DNA of 58,595 bases, the filler included, from Sphacelaria rigidula (Eukaryota), in assembly GCA_964200075.2 (NCBI GenBank). It is 10 parts of 10 records of this genome, joined end to end, with 100 filler letters (N's around TTAATTAATTAA, not from the genome) between each part and the next. Parts side by side here need not be neighbours in the genome. Positions count along the whole stretch, not along the records: positions 23,481 to 29,250 come from CAXNAA020024602.1; positions 29,351 to 35,120 come from CAXNAA020024603.1; 8 more parts are not named here. One strand, written 5' to 3'. Positions 24,226 to 35,120 of the stretch are shown here, piece after piece. The notes beneath the pieces are model-generated. The model did not search any database, was not told where the DNA came from, and saw only the letters and a list, made by a program, of their open reading frames with translations. The translations under genes were made by a program, and so were the position numbers. The number at the start of each line of letters is the position of its first letter. Positions within the stretch are counted from its first letter, which is position 1.

Positions 24226-25194
24226 TTTCACAGTCAGTACACCAACAAAAAGTAATGTTTGGGTGCAAAGGTTCTGCTTTTCCTTGTGCACTCACATATC
24301 GCGGGACGCGCGCGCGTGTATGTTTGTCTGTGCAAGCATGTATTTCTGTGATTTAATCAACCACGTACAGGTTCTTGTATGCTGGTCGTGAAAACCGTAG
24401 CAGGCGACAATGTTGTTGTGAACGGCCGGATTCGTGATCATCTTGATCAATACAGCGCGGAATGGTCATCATATCATCTCGAGCGCCGTCTATACGACAA
24501 TCTACGCCACCGGTCAGATCTCGCGGCGGAGGCGTGGGGCAGCTTCGAACAAATCCACCAGCAAAGAGCAAAAAAAAAAAGCAAGTCGCACTTTTGCGCC
24601 CGTTTGGAAACCGAAAATGTAACCCCCAATGTTACGGTCCTGTGGCACGTACACCGGACGGCGCAGTACGGTCAGCAGCACAAAAGTGCTTGTATCTCTG
24701 AGGCAGTCAACAATTTCATAGAAACGCAGGAACGATCCTGAATCACGTTGCCTACTGAGTGAGTTGAGCTATTATAAAATTGTGACTGTCCTTCTTCTGT
24801 TGGATCGAATTTTTCCTCGGAAAAAACAAAACAAAATGGGCAGAAGGTGCATAAAAAATGACAACTCAACTCTGTGCCCATCGTGCGCGCGCCGGTTATG
24901 TTCCACAGCTAGAGACAGATGAACCCATTCGCGTCATAAATACAGTCACGTCACGTCCGGTTGCCCCGCATATCACCGTACAGGACGCGAACCAATCAAT
25001 CGCCTTGGGAATCAAACATAGGTCTAAGCACGAACCCCAACCCTGTCCCCTCGCCTCACGCCCACCTCCAATTCCCCATCCACCCGCCCCCCGAACTTTA
25101 CTCTTGCGTCAACCAGCGTTCGTTCTCCCCCAATTCCCAGAGTTCTATCTCGGGTCCACCTGACTGGGCCCGGTGCCCAACGGGTTTAACGTAC

Positions 25195-26406
25195 CTGCGT
25201 CTCCGACTGAAGTCTCTCCGCCATGCCTTCCATCGTTTCCCTGACCAACTCAACCGCGTCGCCGCTGTCCCCGGACCCGCTGCCGCGGCCGGCAACTTGT
25301 GCTGTCTTTGCCGTTTCCAATTCGTAGTCGTAGGCAGCATCATCACCAGCTCCTTCGTCGTCGCTTCCGTCGCTGGATCATGACCAAAAACCGTGAGGAC
25401 GGCGGGCACATAGATGAAGGGAAATGGGGGAGATACGAAGTACAGAACTGGAAGATTTGTAAAGCACACAAAACAAAGTAGTTGACTGAGTTTGTTTGAC
25501 GAGTAGAGTTGACGCGGTGCGGGAGTAGTGCTGGTCATGATCCAATCCGCGAGACCAAAATGCAAGACGTGTACCGGGGAAGAGATGGGTTGATCCCTTG
25601 AGACCACGGACTCATCCCGAGGAAGGGGAGGGGTTCAAAGTGCCACAAATAAATAATACATGAATGAATAAAAACACAGGCACACACGAAGACTCTCTGC
25701 GGTCCTGGTCTTTCACCATTATTTCGCTCAGTCTCACCATTGAGAATTAAATATCTCAACACGCGGGGTGTAAGTATATGTACATCTGCACGAGAAGTAA
25801 TGAGTATGGGGGCAATACATACGATGAGCCTGTCTTCTTTTTTTTTAAATGTGTTTACCCAACTCGAAATGCTCACAGTAGAGCGGGGTTTTTTTATCGA
25901 CAAACGCTATTTTTATGATACCAGCATGCTGGTTTTGTACCCATAACTTACTTCTCTCGAAACGCTCACAGTTGGGCGGGTTTTTTTCTCGACAAACGCT
26001 ATTCTTATTATACCAGCATGCTGGTTTTGTACCCATAACTTACTTCATTGCCCCTGAATAACACCCAGAGGGGCGGTTTCGTCTGAATATTCGCCAAATA
26101 CTGGCACCTGCAGTACAGAGTTCAATATAGCTCTCATCTACATACATGAGCCAGATTTTTGAGCGGGGAAATTACGGAATAGTCCAGGAATATTACTCAG
26201 AAGGTTCTTTGTGGTTGAAGAACGGCAAACTGTTCGGAGTTCGTATATCTGATAAATGTATGTTCGTGGATCGTCAATCGATTTACGGGTTGTATTATAG
26301 CTCGTGAGCCGATGAAGATCATGGTTCGTGGGCAACCGTAATAGAATGGTGCTTCGCAGCCCTCACCCCTCACTCGTTCACCTACACCTCTCTCCATCCA
26401 ATTTCC

Positions 26407-26462
<56 letters not shown>

Positions 26463-29112
26463 GTCAAGCCATCGATTTTGGAAAGGTGTGTCTTTCACTT
26501 GGTCTATGAAGAAATTCCGCGGAGACATATTTTTGAAATGACGCTAACCCTTACCCTAACCCGAACTCAAGGCACACCGAGAACCCTCGGGCGAGGGGGG
26601 TGCGAAGGGTTCCGAAGGCGAAGTGTGGCGTTGGCAGTTCTCAAAACGGCGCCCCAGCCGCCCCGTCGATTTCGACGAAAAGGTTCTGCGCACGCGAGGG
26701 GCAGTTGAGGCTGTCAGCCCCGCTCAAGATCCGAATATCGGTGTTGGACACTCAAATCAAGAAATAAAATTCCGGGAAGGTTCTGATCGACAAAGTGGTC
26801 AACGCTACTGATTTTGGACGCTAGTCTACATCTTTCGGTTTGTGTGGGTACCTCGGCCGGGCTCACACAGACAAGCCGGAACAGCAATTTCTTCTTTACT
26901 TTGTTCGAGTACCTCATTTTCCTTCTGCGGCGCTTGCCTTGCTTTTCATCGCGAGAGGGAATCAGCAGTTCCTTTTCCCTCGTCAACCATGAAGTCGCTT
27001 TTTGTGTACACCCCACGTCTTCGTCGCTCCTCACTTTTGGGCATTGTGTGAAAAACAATCCCAGATCGCTTCGAGATTCGTGCCCACAACCCAACCGTCA
27101 GAAGGTTTCGAGCTTAACAACTGAGCCACCGGGACGACCGGTATGTGGACAGGGACAATAATAAAAGACCTCAGACACACTCTCTCAATCTTCTCGAGAC
27201 TGATTTTCACGAGGGTAGTATTTTGCCTGCGCGCACACAGCTCGGGGCTGTTGTTGCTACACCGTCATCTGATCAACACAATCATTTGGATATATAGTGT
27301 GATTCCCAGCATAGTGCGGTCTTTCCAAATTGACGACCCATGGGGTTATATATGGTAACCTCCACTATTGCACACGTCGGACAGGTAGTTCACGAGCTAT
27401 TTTACCTGAAACAACTAATCGGAGAGAACTCTCAGATCCGTTGTACAAAAACATCAATATTAATATATTAATAATCAGTAGAAGTAAAAAGAATAACGAT
27501 TAAAAAAAGGCATATTTAGTAAAAAAATTATAAAAAAGTTGAACATGAAGATAAGCTATTAATATTCCTTATACGAGAGTCGAACTCGTGTTTCTGCCGT
27601 GAATGAGCAACGTCCTAACCACTAGACCAAAAGAACTAAAAATAAATCTCAACTAGTTAAAAAAAAACACATACGTAATCACAAAACAAGTGACAGCAGT
27701 GTCCGAGAAGCCAAAGCGTTACCTTCCCGCTACACCGCGTGCTCGTCATCCATCGCTGTCGGGAGCTAATACGGAAATATTGACCAAATGAGCTAGTTCA
27801 TGATCTAGATCAGTACTCTAATAACAAGTAATATCCAGGTAGCAGCTCATGAGCTGTCCCACGTGTGCACTACTGTATATTCTTGAAAAATGTTGCCCCT
27901 GGCGGAGGATTCGTCGAGTCTCGAACACTCATCACCGGGGCTGTTGACGTTTCGAGGGGGGATGGGAAGCGTACTTATGATCGAGTGGGGAGGGGTGGGG
28001 GGGCGGGCGGGAGGGGGCTTGAAAAGGGTAGTATACGTCGAGATTTGAACTCGTAACCTCCCGTCCCCAGCGGCTTTTTGTTTGTACCAGTGACGCCCCT
28101 GGGACGACGCGGCGACCGATTTCCCTGTACTACGATGACCATTCGGACCCCGGAAATTGAACCCCCCCTGGGGTGATATGTGAAAGCGCGCGCGGGGGGC
28201 GGGGGGGGATGGGGAGCGTATTAATTTGTTTCCTTGCCTTGGTCGTCTGACCATTGACCACGCATCACTTCCCAGACCGGGGGCGGGGATACAACATACC
28301 CCGATGCAGTACCGTACACACCGGTATGATATTCACAATAGCCGAGAGCCTATCGAAGGGGTATATCTTCGACTTGCGTCACCCCCGGGAGGCCCGTACC
28401 AACCTCCCGATGATCTTGCATACCTTAGTCATAAGATCATTTACCTGGTACCCCTATAACGCCAACTGGGGGGGGAGATACTGCACCATGTACTACAAAC
28501 TACGGTAGGGTGCCCGCAGACTTTGACAGGCAGCCGAAAGCTATGGTTAAACCAAACCAAATATACACATGTGATTGGCGCACAGACCTCACCAGGATGC
28601 CATAACACAATATATTCAAGGCTGCTGTTATACCTGCATTACTATTGTATACCTAAGCTCTTGCTTGAGGCTGTCCTCGTAGATGCATGCAACTACCGAC
28701 TAATGCCATCACCCATTCCCCACAAGTACGTACCTCATCAATTCTGCGAGACGTTCGTCCATATCCACCCCCTGAACAACGCCACTACGATTGCCTCCTC
28801 GTCGCCTCTCTTCTCGTACCGTCTTGCCGGCACTAGCGGCGACACTACCAGCCGCCGTCCTGTTTGCTTCCTTGCCAAGTCCGTCCTCCGGCCGACCAGT
28901 GGCGTCAGCTGCTACTGCCCCAGTCTCCCGCCGTTCTACATGATCGACCTTCATCTCCATTGACGCATCCCCGGCTGCTTGTCCCTCCCCCACCTCCGTC
29001 TTTTCTACCGCACGCTCCACCCCGTCACTCCTTCCTGTGTCTCGACCATCATCATGACCATCCTCCTCGCTGTCACCGCCATTGTCTGGGTGCAGCGAAT
29101 CCGTTGCTACTA
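25195..29112 (-). CDS. Two internal exons (about 29112-28734 and 25372-25195) of a host gene encoding an acidic, Gly/Ala-rich region; 3.36-kb intron
   Basis: AG|GTACGT donor (phase 2) at 28733 joins the CCAG acceptor at 25373 in frame: ...DERLAELM-S-DGSDDEGAGDDAAYDYELE...RLQSETQ|GTACGT. The upstream acceptor could instead be near 29085. Confidence 0.72.
25863..26045. repeat. Tandem duplication, 93-bp unit x2
   Basis: CTCGAAA..CTCACAGT...ATACCAGCATGCTGGTTTTGTACCCATAACTTACTT at 25863 and 25956. Confidence 0.9.
26410..26461. repeat. (GT)n microsatellite, about 25 units
   Basis: Directly visible. Confidence 0.97.
26542..26765 (+). mobile_element. About 220-bp dispersed element beginning with (CCCTAA)-like repeats; other copies at 33260-33472 (-), 45280-45492 (+) and 46020-46225 (-)
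   Basis: Shared core CAYACCGAGAACCCTCRGGC...ACGAAAA..GTTCTGCGCAC...CTGTCA...CACTCAAAYCAAG. Confidence 0.8.
26813..27139 (-). mobile_element. tRNA-derived SINE family A
   Basis: Head GGTGGCTCAGTTGTTAAGCTCGAAACCTTCTGACGGTTGGG on the minus strand. Body homologous to 32661-33016. Confidence 0.85.
27371..27867. mobile_element. MITE with CACACGTCGGACAG TIRs and 8-bp TSD (hAT/P-like), carrying an AT-rich insert
   Basis: CACACGTCGGACAG...CTGTCCCACGTGTG. Flanks CACTATTG (27363-27370) and CACTACTG (27868-27875). Confidence 0.85.
27563..27636 (-). pseudogene. trnE: tRNA-Glu(TTC) pseudogene, organellar (mitochondrial-like) type
   Basis: GTTCTTT-TGGTCTAGTGGTTAGGAC-G-TTGCT-CATTCAC-GGCAG-AAAC-ACGAG-TTCGACT-CTCGT-[AT]-AAGGAAT-A folds as a cloverleaf with anticodon TTC. 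It has A at the invariant U33 and a 2-nt insertion. Confidence 0.82.
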
Positions 29113-29675
29113 CTATCGCATGAAATTATCGACGGGACATGGAACATTGGGAAGGAGCGAAGCAGAAGCACGGCGACGACAGCGGCAGAGGGGAAGGGGT
29201 GTACTCATGATCATGCGTGCCATTGTCATAAGACCATTGACCTCGCATCCNNNNNNNNNNNNNNNNNNNNNNNNNNNNNNNNNNNNNNNNNNNNTTAATT
29301 AATTAANNNNNNNNNNNNNNNNNNNNNNNNNNNNNNNNNNNNNNNNNNNNCTACAATTAATGGAAAAAAAAAAAAAACGTTTTGGTGCCGACGTAATTTT
29401 TTTTTTCATGCCATATCCATTGTCCATACCAAATTTCAGGGTCCAACTTCAAATATTGGCGGGAGCATGGGCCTGCAAACTTCAAATCCGCCTCTAGGCT
29501 GGCCCAGCTCGTATATATGTTGCAAAACTCTAACAAAACCGCTCGAAAGATGGTGAAAAAGGACATCAAAGACGTGCCCTCGGATGATGAGGACGACACG
29601 GAAGTAAACTTATACACACGTCACACGCGTCACACGCCGCCAGAAAATACACAAAAACTCAAAATCCTTCGTTAA

Positions 29676-29771
29676 CCCTTTGACCGCGAGGTTATCGGCC
29701 ACCTGCTGAATCGGCGTCAACTTCGCTTGAAAAAAGTATGCATGATCCACACGGACTACCCTCGCAGTCTT
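29676..29771 (+). mobile_element. ~100-bp piggyBac-like MITE, right end degraded
   Basis: TTAA|CCCTTTGACCGCGAGG start and the family core. Confidence 0.8.
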
Positions 29772-29787
29772 ATCTTTTGACTTTTTG

Positions 29788-30150
29788 TCATCATCATGTT
29801 CGTCACATTAGCCCGATATCTCCAACCTGTGGTCACAGAGTGCAAGGAGCATACCGCCCATACCCCTAAACCAAACAGCCCGCAGAGGAAGGGAAAGCAT
29901 ATCGCTGTGAACTGCAGACCAACCTGGTAACACACGAGACCGCCGCCGAATGAAGAGGGTAAAACATGAAAAAAAATGTACTGCATAATATATAATCTCA
30001 ACGACGGGAAAAAATAGAGTCTATCGGGATTCGAACTCATGACCTCCATAACTGAAGACTCCTGTATAACTTGAATTAAAGGGGCGCGGCCGGGTTAGAC
30101 GCAAAGTGCGATGCCGCGCCCAAGTTGAGGTATTTTTGGCCGAAAATTTC
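29788..30150 (-). mobile_element. SINE-like family B (B box, LINE-like 3' end with (ATG)n tail); related copy at 49052-49645
   Basis: GAGTTCGAATCCC at 30038-30026. Tail GTGACCAC...CTAATGTGACGAACATGATGATG. Collinear homology with 49052-49110 and 49481-49645. Confidence 0.65.
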
Positions 30151-30735
30151 ACACGTCGGACGAGTACGAGTGTGACTCCTGGTACTCGCACTCGTTAGGC
30201 TGCTCGTTGGCCGTAAAAATAATTAGGGCGAGTATTCGCGTCATTGCTCGTTGTGGAAAAAATTAACAAGGCGAGCACCCCAAGTCATTGCTCGTGACGA
30301 AGGACTTGAATGGAGGAGTCAGCAATCCGATGAGCAAATAATTAAAATGAGCTCTTCGCCGATGTTGAACCTAGAACCTTCAAGTTCATATGCATATATC
30401 TGCACATGTACAAGCGTCAAGCTCAAAAGCTCGTTTTCATTTTATCCAAGCCCCCCCCCCCCTCCCCCACAGATCAGAGTTCTACTAAAGCAGCGGAGAG
30501 GATATCTCGAGTAGTACATTTACTTTCACATTTAATAACAGTGCCGTTTGGTGCCGACCGATGAGCACGACCCCCTTTTTACGAGTAAAGATGCTGGCGA
30601 ACCAGCAACGGGACGAGCACGAGTGTGACTCGTGGCACTCGTTGGGCTGCTCGTTGGCCGTAAAAATTCATAAGGCGAGTACTCGAGTCATTACCCGTTG
30701 TGGAAAAATTCAATAGGGCAAGCACTCAAGTCATC
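30149..30735. repeat. Two direct copies (about 30157-30295 and 30611-30740) of a GAGYA/TRCTC-rich block; the first begins with CACACGTCGGAC
   Basis: GGACGAGYACGAGTGTGACTC...GCTGCTCGTTGGCCGTAAAA...GTTGTGGAAAAA is repeated. Confidence 0.75.
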
Positions 30736-30737
30736 GC

Positions 30738-32315
30738 TTGAGTAGGTTGCGTATGGTCTCAAATACTCTACTCAAACTGTGTGAGTAGATCCAGAACGAC
30801 CTCAAATACTCTACTCTAATATTGAGTAAGCACTCTCAGTAATACTTGAGTATAGAGTAAGTACCCCTTGGGTATGGTGAGTACCCCTGACAGTCGGCGA
30901 CTTCGTGACTTCATTTCATAGACTATGTTGAATGCATGGGCGAACGATGGCCATCAAATAGATGGGCGGCGTTACATCACAGCCAACAAGGAGCATGAGC
31001 GAATGATGGCCATAAAGAAAAAAAAAACGTGTAGGTGAACGAACCTACCTGCCCCAGCGCCTCATGTCACCAGCCCCCACCCACGGCAGTTCATACTCGA
31101 TACCTCGCAACGCCTTCGGTATCACTTACAGTACAGAGCGCTACTCATCATCATCGAGCAATCGAGTAGACGAGTAGTTATTATCAAAATGAGCGACTCT
31201 ACTAGCCACATATGTGACCCCTCCATGGGAGAGTCAGCGGTGGAAACAGTGCAAGACGAGTAAACATCGCGACACTCATTACGGGTGGGCAACTCTAGGA
31301 ATACCTTGGCATTTCTTCTAGCCGACTTTGAGTACTTCGCGTACGAACTTGAATATTGAAGTTGAAGTTACAGGTTTCGGTACATCGGATCCCGCCTCAG
31401 ATACTCTACTCGACGTTTGGGTAGGTCGAGTACGGCCTCCAATACTCTACTCAAATATCGAGTGAGCACTCTTTTAATACTGGAGTATAGAGTATCACTT
31501 GAGTATGACCTCAATACTCTACTCAAAACTTGAGTAGGTTGAGTATGGTCTCAAATACTCTACTCAAATTTTGAGGACGTTGAGTACGGCCTCCACTGCT
31601 TTACTCAAATATTGATAAGCACTCTCAGTAATACTTGAGTATAGAGCATCACTTGAGTATGACCTCAATACTCTACTCGACTTGTGAGTAGATTGAGTAC
31701 GTCCTCAAATACTAAACTTCGAGTGCTAAAAGTATGACTCTTCAAAAATAATGAGTATTGAATATACTCCACTCGAACTACCCTTGCAATTTTTCACACA
31801 ATTTTAGCATTTTTCCTGTTTTTGCTGAAACTTCAAATCGCTCAAACTTCCTGCCCTCCCCCCCCGTCTGCACCCCCGATAGGGTTGCGCAGGTTGATAA
31901 AAAAAAACGTCCAAAGGTAGGCCGAGTAAAGTATACTCAATACTCAGTATTTTTGAACAATCATACTTTTAGTACTCGAAGTTTGAGCCTAGTATTTGAG
32001 GTCGTACTCAACCTTCCCGATTATTCGAGTAGAGTATTTGAGATTATACCCAGTCTACTCGAAATTTGAGTAGAGTATTAAGGTCAAACTCAAGTCATAC
32101 TCTATACTCAAGTATTCCTGAGAATGCTACTCAATATTCGAGTGGAGTATTTAAGACCATACTCAACCTACTCAGAAATTTAGTACAGTATTGGAGGCCG
32201 TACTCAACGTACTCAAACGTCGAGTAAGAGTATTTTGAGACTATACTCAACCTACTCAATATTTGAGTGGAGTATTGAGGTCATATTCAAGTGATACTCT
32301 ATACTCAAGTATTAC
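30738..32315. repeat. TACTCTACTCAA/TTGAGTA minisatellite-bearing elements: copies ending at 31786 and starting at 31912, in opposite orientation
   Basis: About 31400-31786 is the reverse complement of 31912-32315. Termini CTACCCTTG and CAAAGGTAG resemble the CAAGGGCAGGTCGAG TIR family. Confidence 0.85.
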
Positions 32316-32660
32316 CGAAAGAGAAACAACGACCAAGAGCAAAAAAAACGTCTGTACGCTAATTTTGCGCTCTATTTACGTGCCCGGTGTACGTGTGCCT
32401 GGATTGCAACTCTGAAAGAAAAACCGAAGGATTGATTCGTAGGGTACGAATCAACCACGCTAACGAAACCAAGCAATTTTCAGACGAATCATTACACTTC
32501 CGACCCATTATTTTTTTGCCAACCACCTACGTCCAACCGGCATCAAGTCCCCGACATGAGCGATTCGCCAAAAGATCTCGCTTCGGGAAACGATCGGCGC
32601 TCAGAGACCAAAATGGACGGCACCACTTTCTGTGACGCCAAAATATGGTGCAAGTTGTGG

Positions 32661-33016
32661 TCGCCCCCGCGGGTGGCTCAGTTGGTAATCTCGAAACCTT
32701 CTGACGGTTGGGTCGTAGAATCGGATCTCGGAGCGATCTGGGATTTTTTCTCACGCACTACCCTACAGTGGAGAGCGACTATATCGTGGGTACACAAAAT
32801 TCGACTTAATGGTCGACGAGGGAAAGGGATTGCTGCACCCCCCTCAAGATGAAAAAGAAAGGGAAGCACCGCAGAAGGAAGGTGGAGAGCTACAAAAAAA
32901 AAATCCTGTATTGGCCCTCCTCCTGTGTGACCCCGGCTGGTGTGCCCACATATACCGAAGGGTGTAGACCGGCGTCCAGAACAGAAGGGACGACAACACA
33001 CACACACAGACACACA
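32661..33016 (+). mobile_element. Full-length tRNA-derived SINE family A with (CA)n tail and 10-bp TSD
   Basis: A box TGGCTCAGTTGG, AACC-TTCTGAC-GGTT stem-loop, (CA)n tail. TSD CAAGTTGTGG at 32651-32660 and 33017-33026. Confidence 0.92.
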
Positions 33017-33552
33017 CAAGTTGTGGGAGGGTAATCGCTATACGGTACCCACGACAAATGGAGGATGATGACACATGAAATGTATTGCGAAAACAGTGTT
33101 TTCCATTTAGCTTGAAAGACGGTTCACACTCATTTCTTCCGACGTCGTCCGTCCGCATGTGCTCACGCCAATCCTCGGAGTTGGACGTTGAGTGAATCGG
33201 AGTTGGGCTACAATCCCCCCCCCTAGTTAATTCATCCCACAGTGAAAATTACTTTATTCACCACGATAATCGGATCTTTACTTAAGACTTGACAGTCTTG
33301 TGCGCTCCTGGAGTGCGCAGAACGCGTTTTCGTCCAAACCACAGGTGCCAATTTAGGGTTAACCATACCAACGCCACGCTTTGCCTGGGGAACCCCATGC
33401 ACCTCCATCGCCTGAGGGTTCTCGGTATGCCTCGGGTTGGGGTTAGGTTTAGGGTTAGGGTTAAGGTTAGCGATTGTTGTAAAGTGTGTCAACCACGGAT
33501 ATAATGTAGTCCAACCCCGGATAGCCCATCTTGTTAGGGAGGAGGGAATATC

Positions 33553-33820
33553 CAAGGTTGTGTGTTGTAGGGTACTGAGATTTTCGGTAGCGCACGATAT
33601 TTCTTGCGAAACTTACAAAAAATATCGGGTTCGGTATGGAGGTCGTACAGACACCCACGTGTACCCCTAACCGGGAGTTTCTACAAAGGGTATACCCGTG
33701 CCCCAGCAAGGGGTTGTAATTTCGCACAGCTCTTGCAGAAACTGTCGGGTGCCAGTAATTCCCGGGAAAACACCCCGGGTATGAAAAAACAAAAATAGTA
33801 CTCTACAGAACAAAACCTTG
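33553..33820. mobile_element. MITE with CAAGG-terminated 24-bp TIRs
   Basis: CAAGGTTGTGTGTTGTAGGGTACT ... AGTACTCTACAGAACAAAACCTTG. Flanks GAATATC and GAATATA. Confidence 0.7.
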
Positions 33821-34298
33821 GAATATAGGTTGAAACCGTGAACCAGTTCGTACATGATTTTGAAGGTGTTCCACTGTATACTCGCAGCCGTTTGGCGTTA
33901 AATACACAACGTATACCCGATGCTGAGCATTGACCCCTCGTCTTTTGGGGGAGGTTTCGGAACAGTTTTTTTTTTTTTTTTTTCCGGCGGAGAGATGACG
34001 CCCACGTAAACAGGCTTTGCTAAGCATAAGCGTCGCGTCATGATTATTTATGCCACGATCAGTCGCGCCTTGCCGTCCAAGGCCAAGCCTAAACGACTCG
34101 CCGCCAACAACAGTACTATGTTCATGGTCAAAACAAACAGCCGTTTACTGAACAGCTGAACGGCGCGAGGTACTTAGTCAACGGGGGGGGGGGGGGAGGG
34201 TTACCCAATTGAAGGCGTTGTATGGCCATGCAGGAGGGCGAATTTTATGATCGAATTTTAGAACANNNNNNNNNNTTTTTTTAGTTTGTGTGGTGTTT

Positions 34299-34329
<31 letters not shown>

Positions 34330-35021
34330 GGGGGTGTACCCACTGTAGGCGTTGTGTGCGCGTGCAGGTGTGCTAATGTTATGCGTCGATTTTTGAAGGA
34401 AAGAGGTGTGCGGAATTCTCTCACTGTACCCCTTCAAAGCCAACCGAGCAGGACTAGTAAAAGTTGACACACACACACACACACACACACACACCATCCC
34501 TCTCACAAAATACCCCCTTGCCAATAACTGCGTCGCGATCAGATTCAGCTCTCGTTGCTGAACGCTTCGACAGCAAGCGCGGTGGGTATCAACGGGGTGG
34601 CGCGGGTAGGCATTGCCCACACCTGAGCCCGACAGCAGTCACGGCTGAATGATACTGGTGCACGATTATTATGATCATGACTTTGATTATGATTACGACA
34701 ATGATTGCTGCGACTTTCCTCATGATATCATCATCAGTATTATTAATTAGCCTCTAAAATATCTCTCAAACCCGTGGCCACTTTTGAGTTTCGCCGTTTT
34801 AGCACCGTTACTATTACACCTGTTGACTATCGTGTCTTTTGCATCACTTCTGCCACGCGTCCACGTTTTCTGGCGTCCATTCATGCTTACAGAAATCATC
34901 CTCGACAAACTCGCGGGACTGATGGTGGAAAATTCTCGGAACATTATTTCAGGGCGTTCAGAAGGTGACCCCTTCAACACCAGGGTGGAACAATCTAATT
35001 ATTTCATGCTTCTGAGGGGTA

Positions 35022-35120
35022 CCGTCGCCCCAGTGGCTCAGTTGGTAACCTCGATCCCTTCTGACGGTTGGGTCGTGCGTTCGAATCTCGGTCCAGTCAC
35101 ACGATCTGCGATATTTTCAC
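35022..35120 (+). mobile_element. Head of SINE family A, cut by the contig end
   Basis: GTGGCTCAGTTGGTAA...CCTTCTGACGGTTGGGTCGTGCGTTCGAATC with intact A and B boxes. Confidence 0.85.

Noticed and set aside
24379..24741. 120-aa plus-strand ORF
   Set aside because: No motif, contains an A-run, and lies antisense to the exon pair on this contig.
32661..32740. Functional tRNA gene
   Set aside because: No acceptor stem, a degenerate B box, and it continues into a repeated body with tail and TSD, so it is a SINE head.
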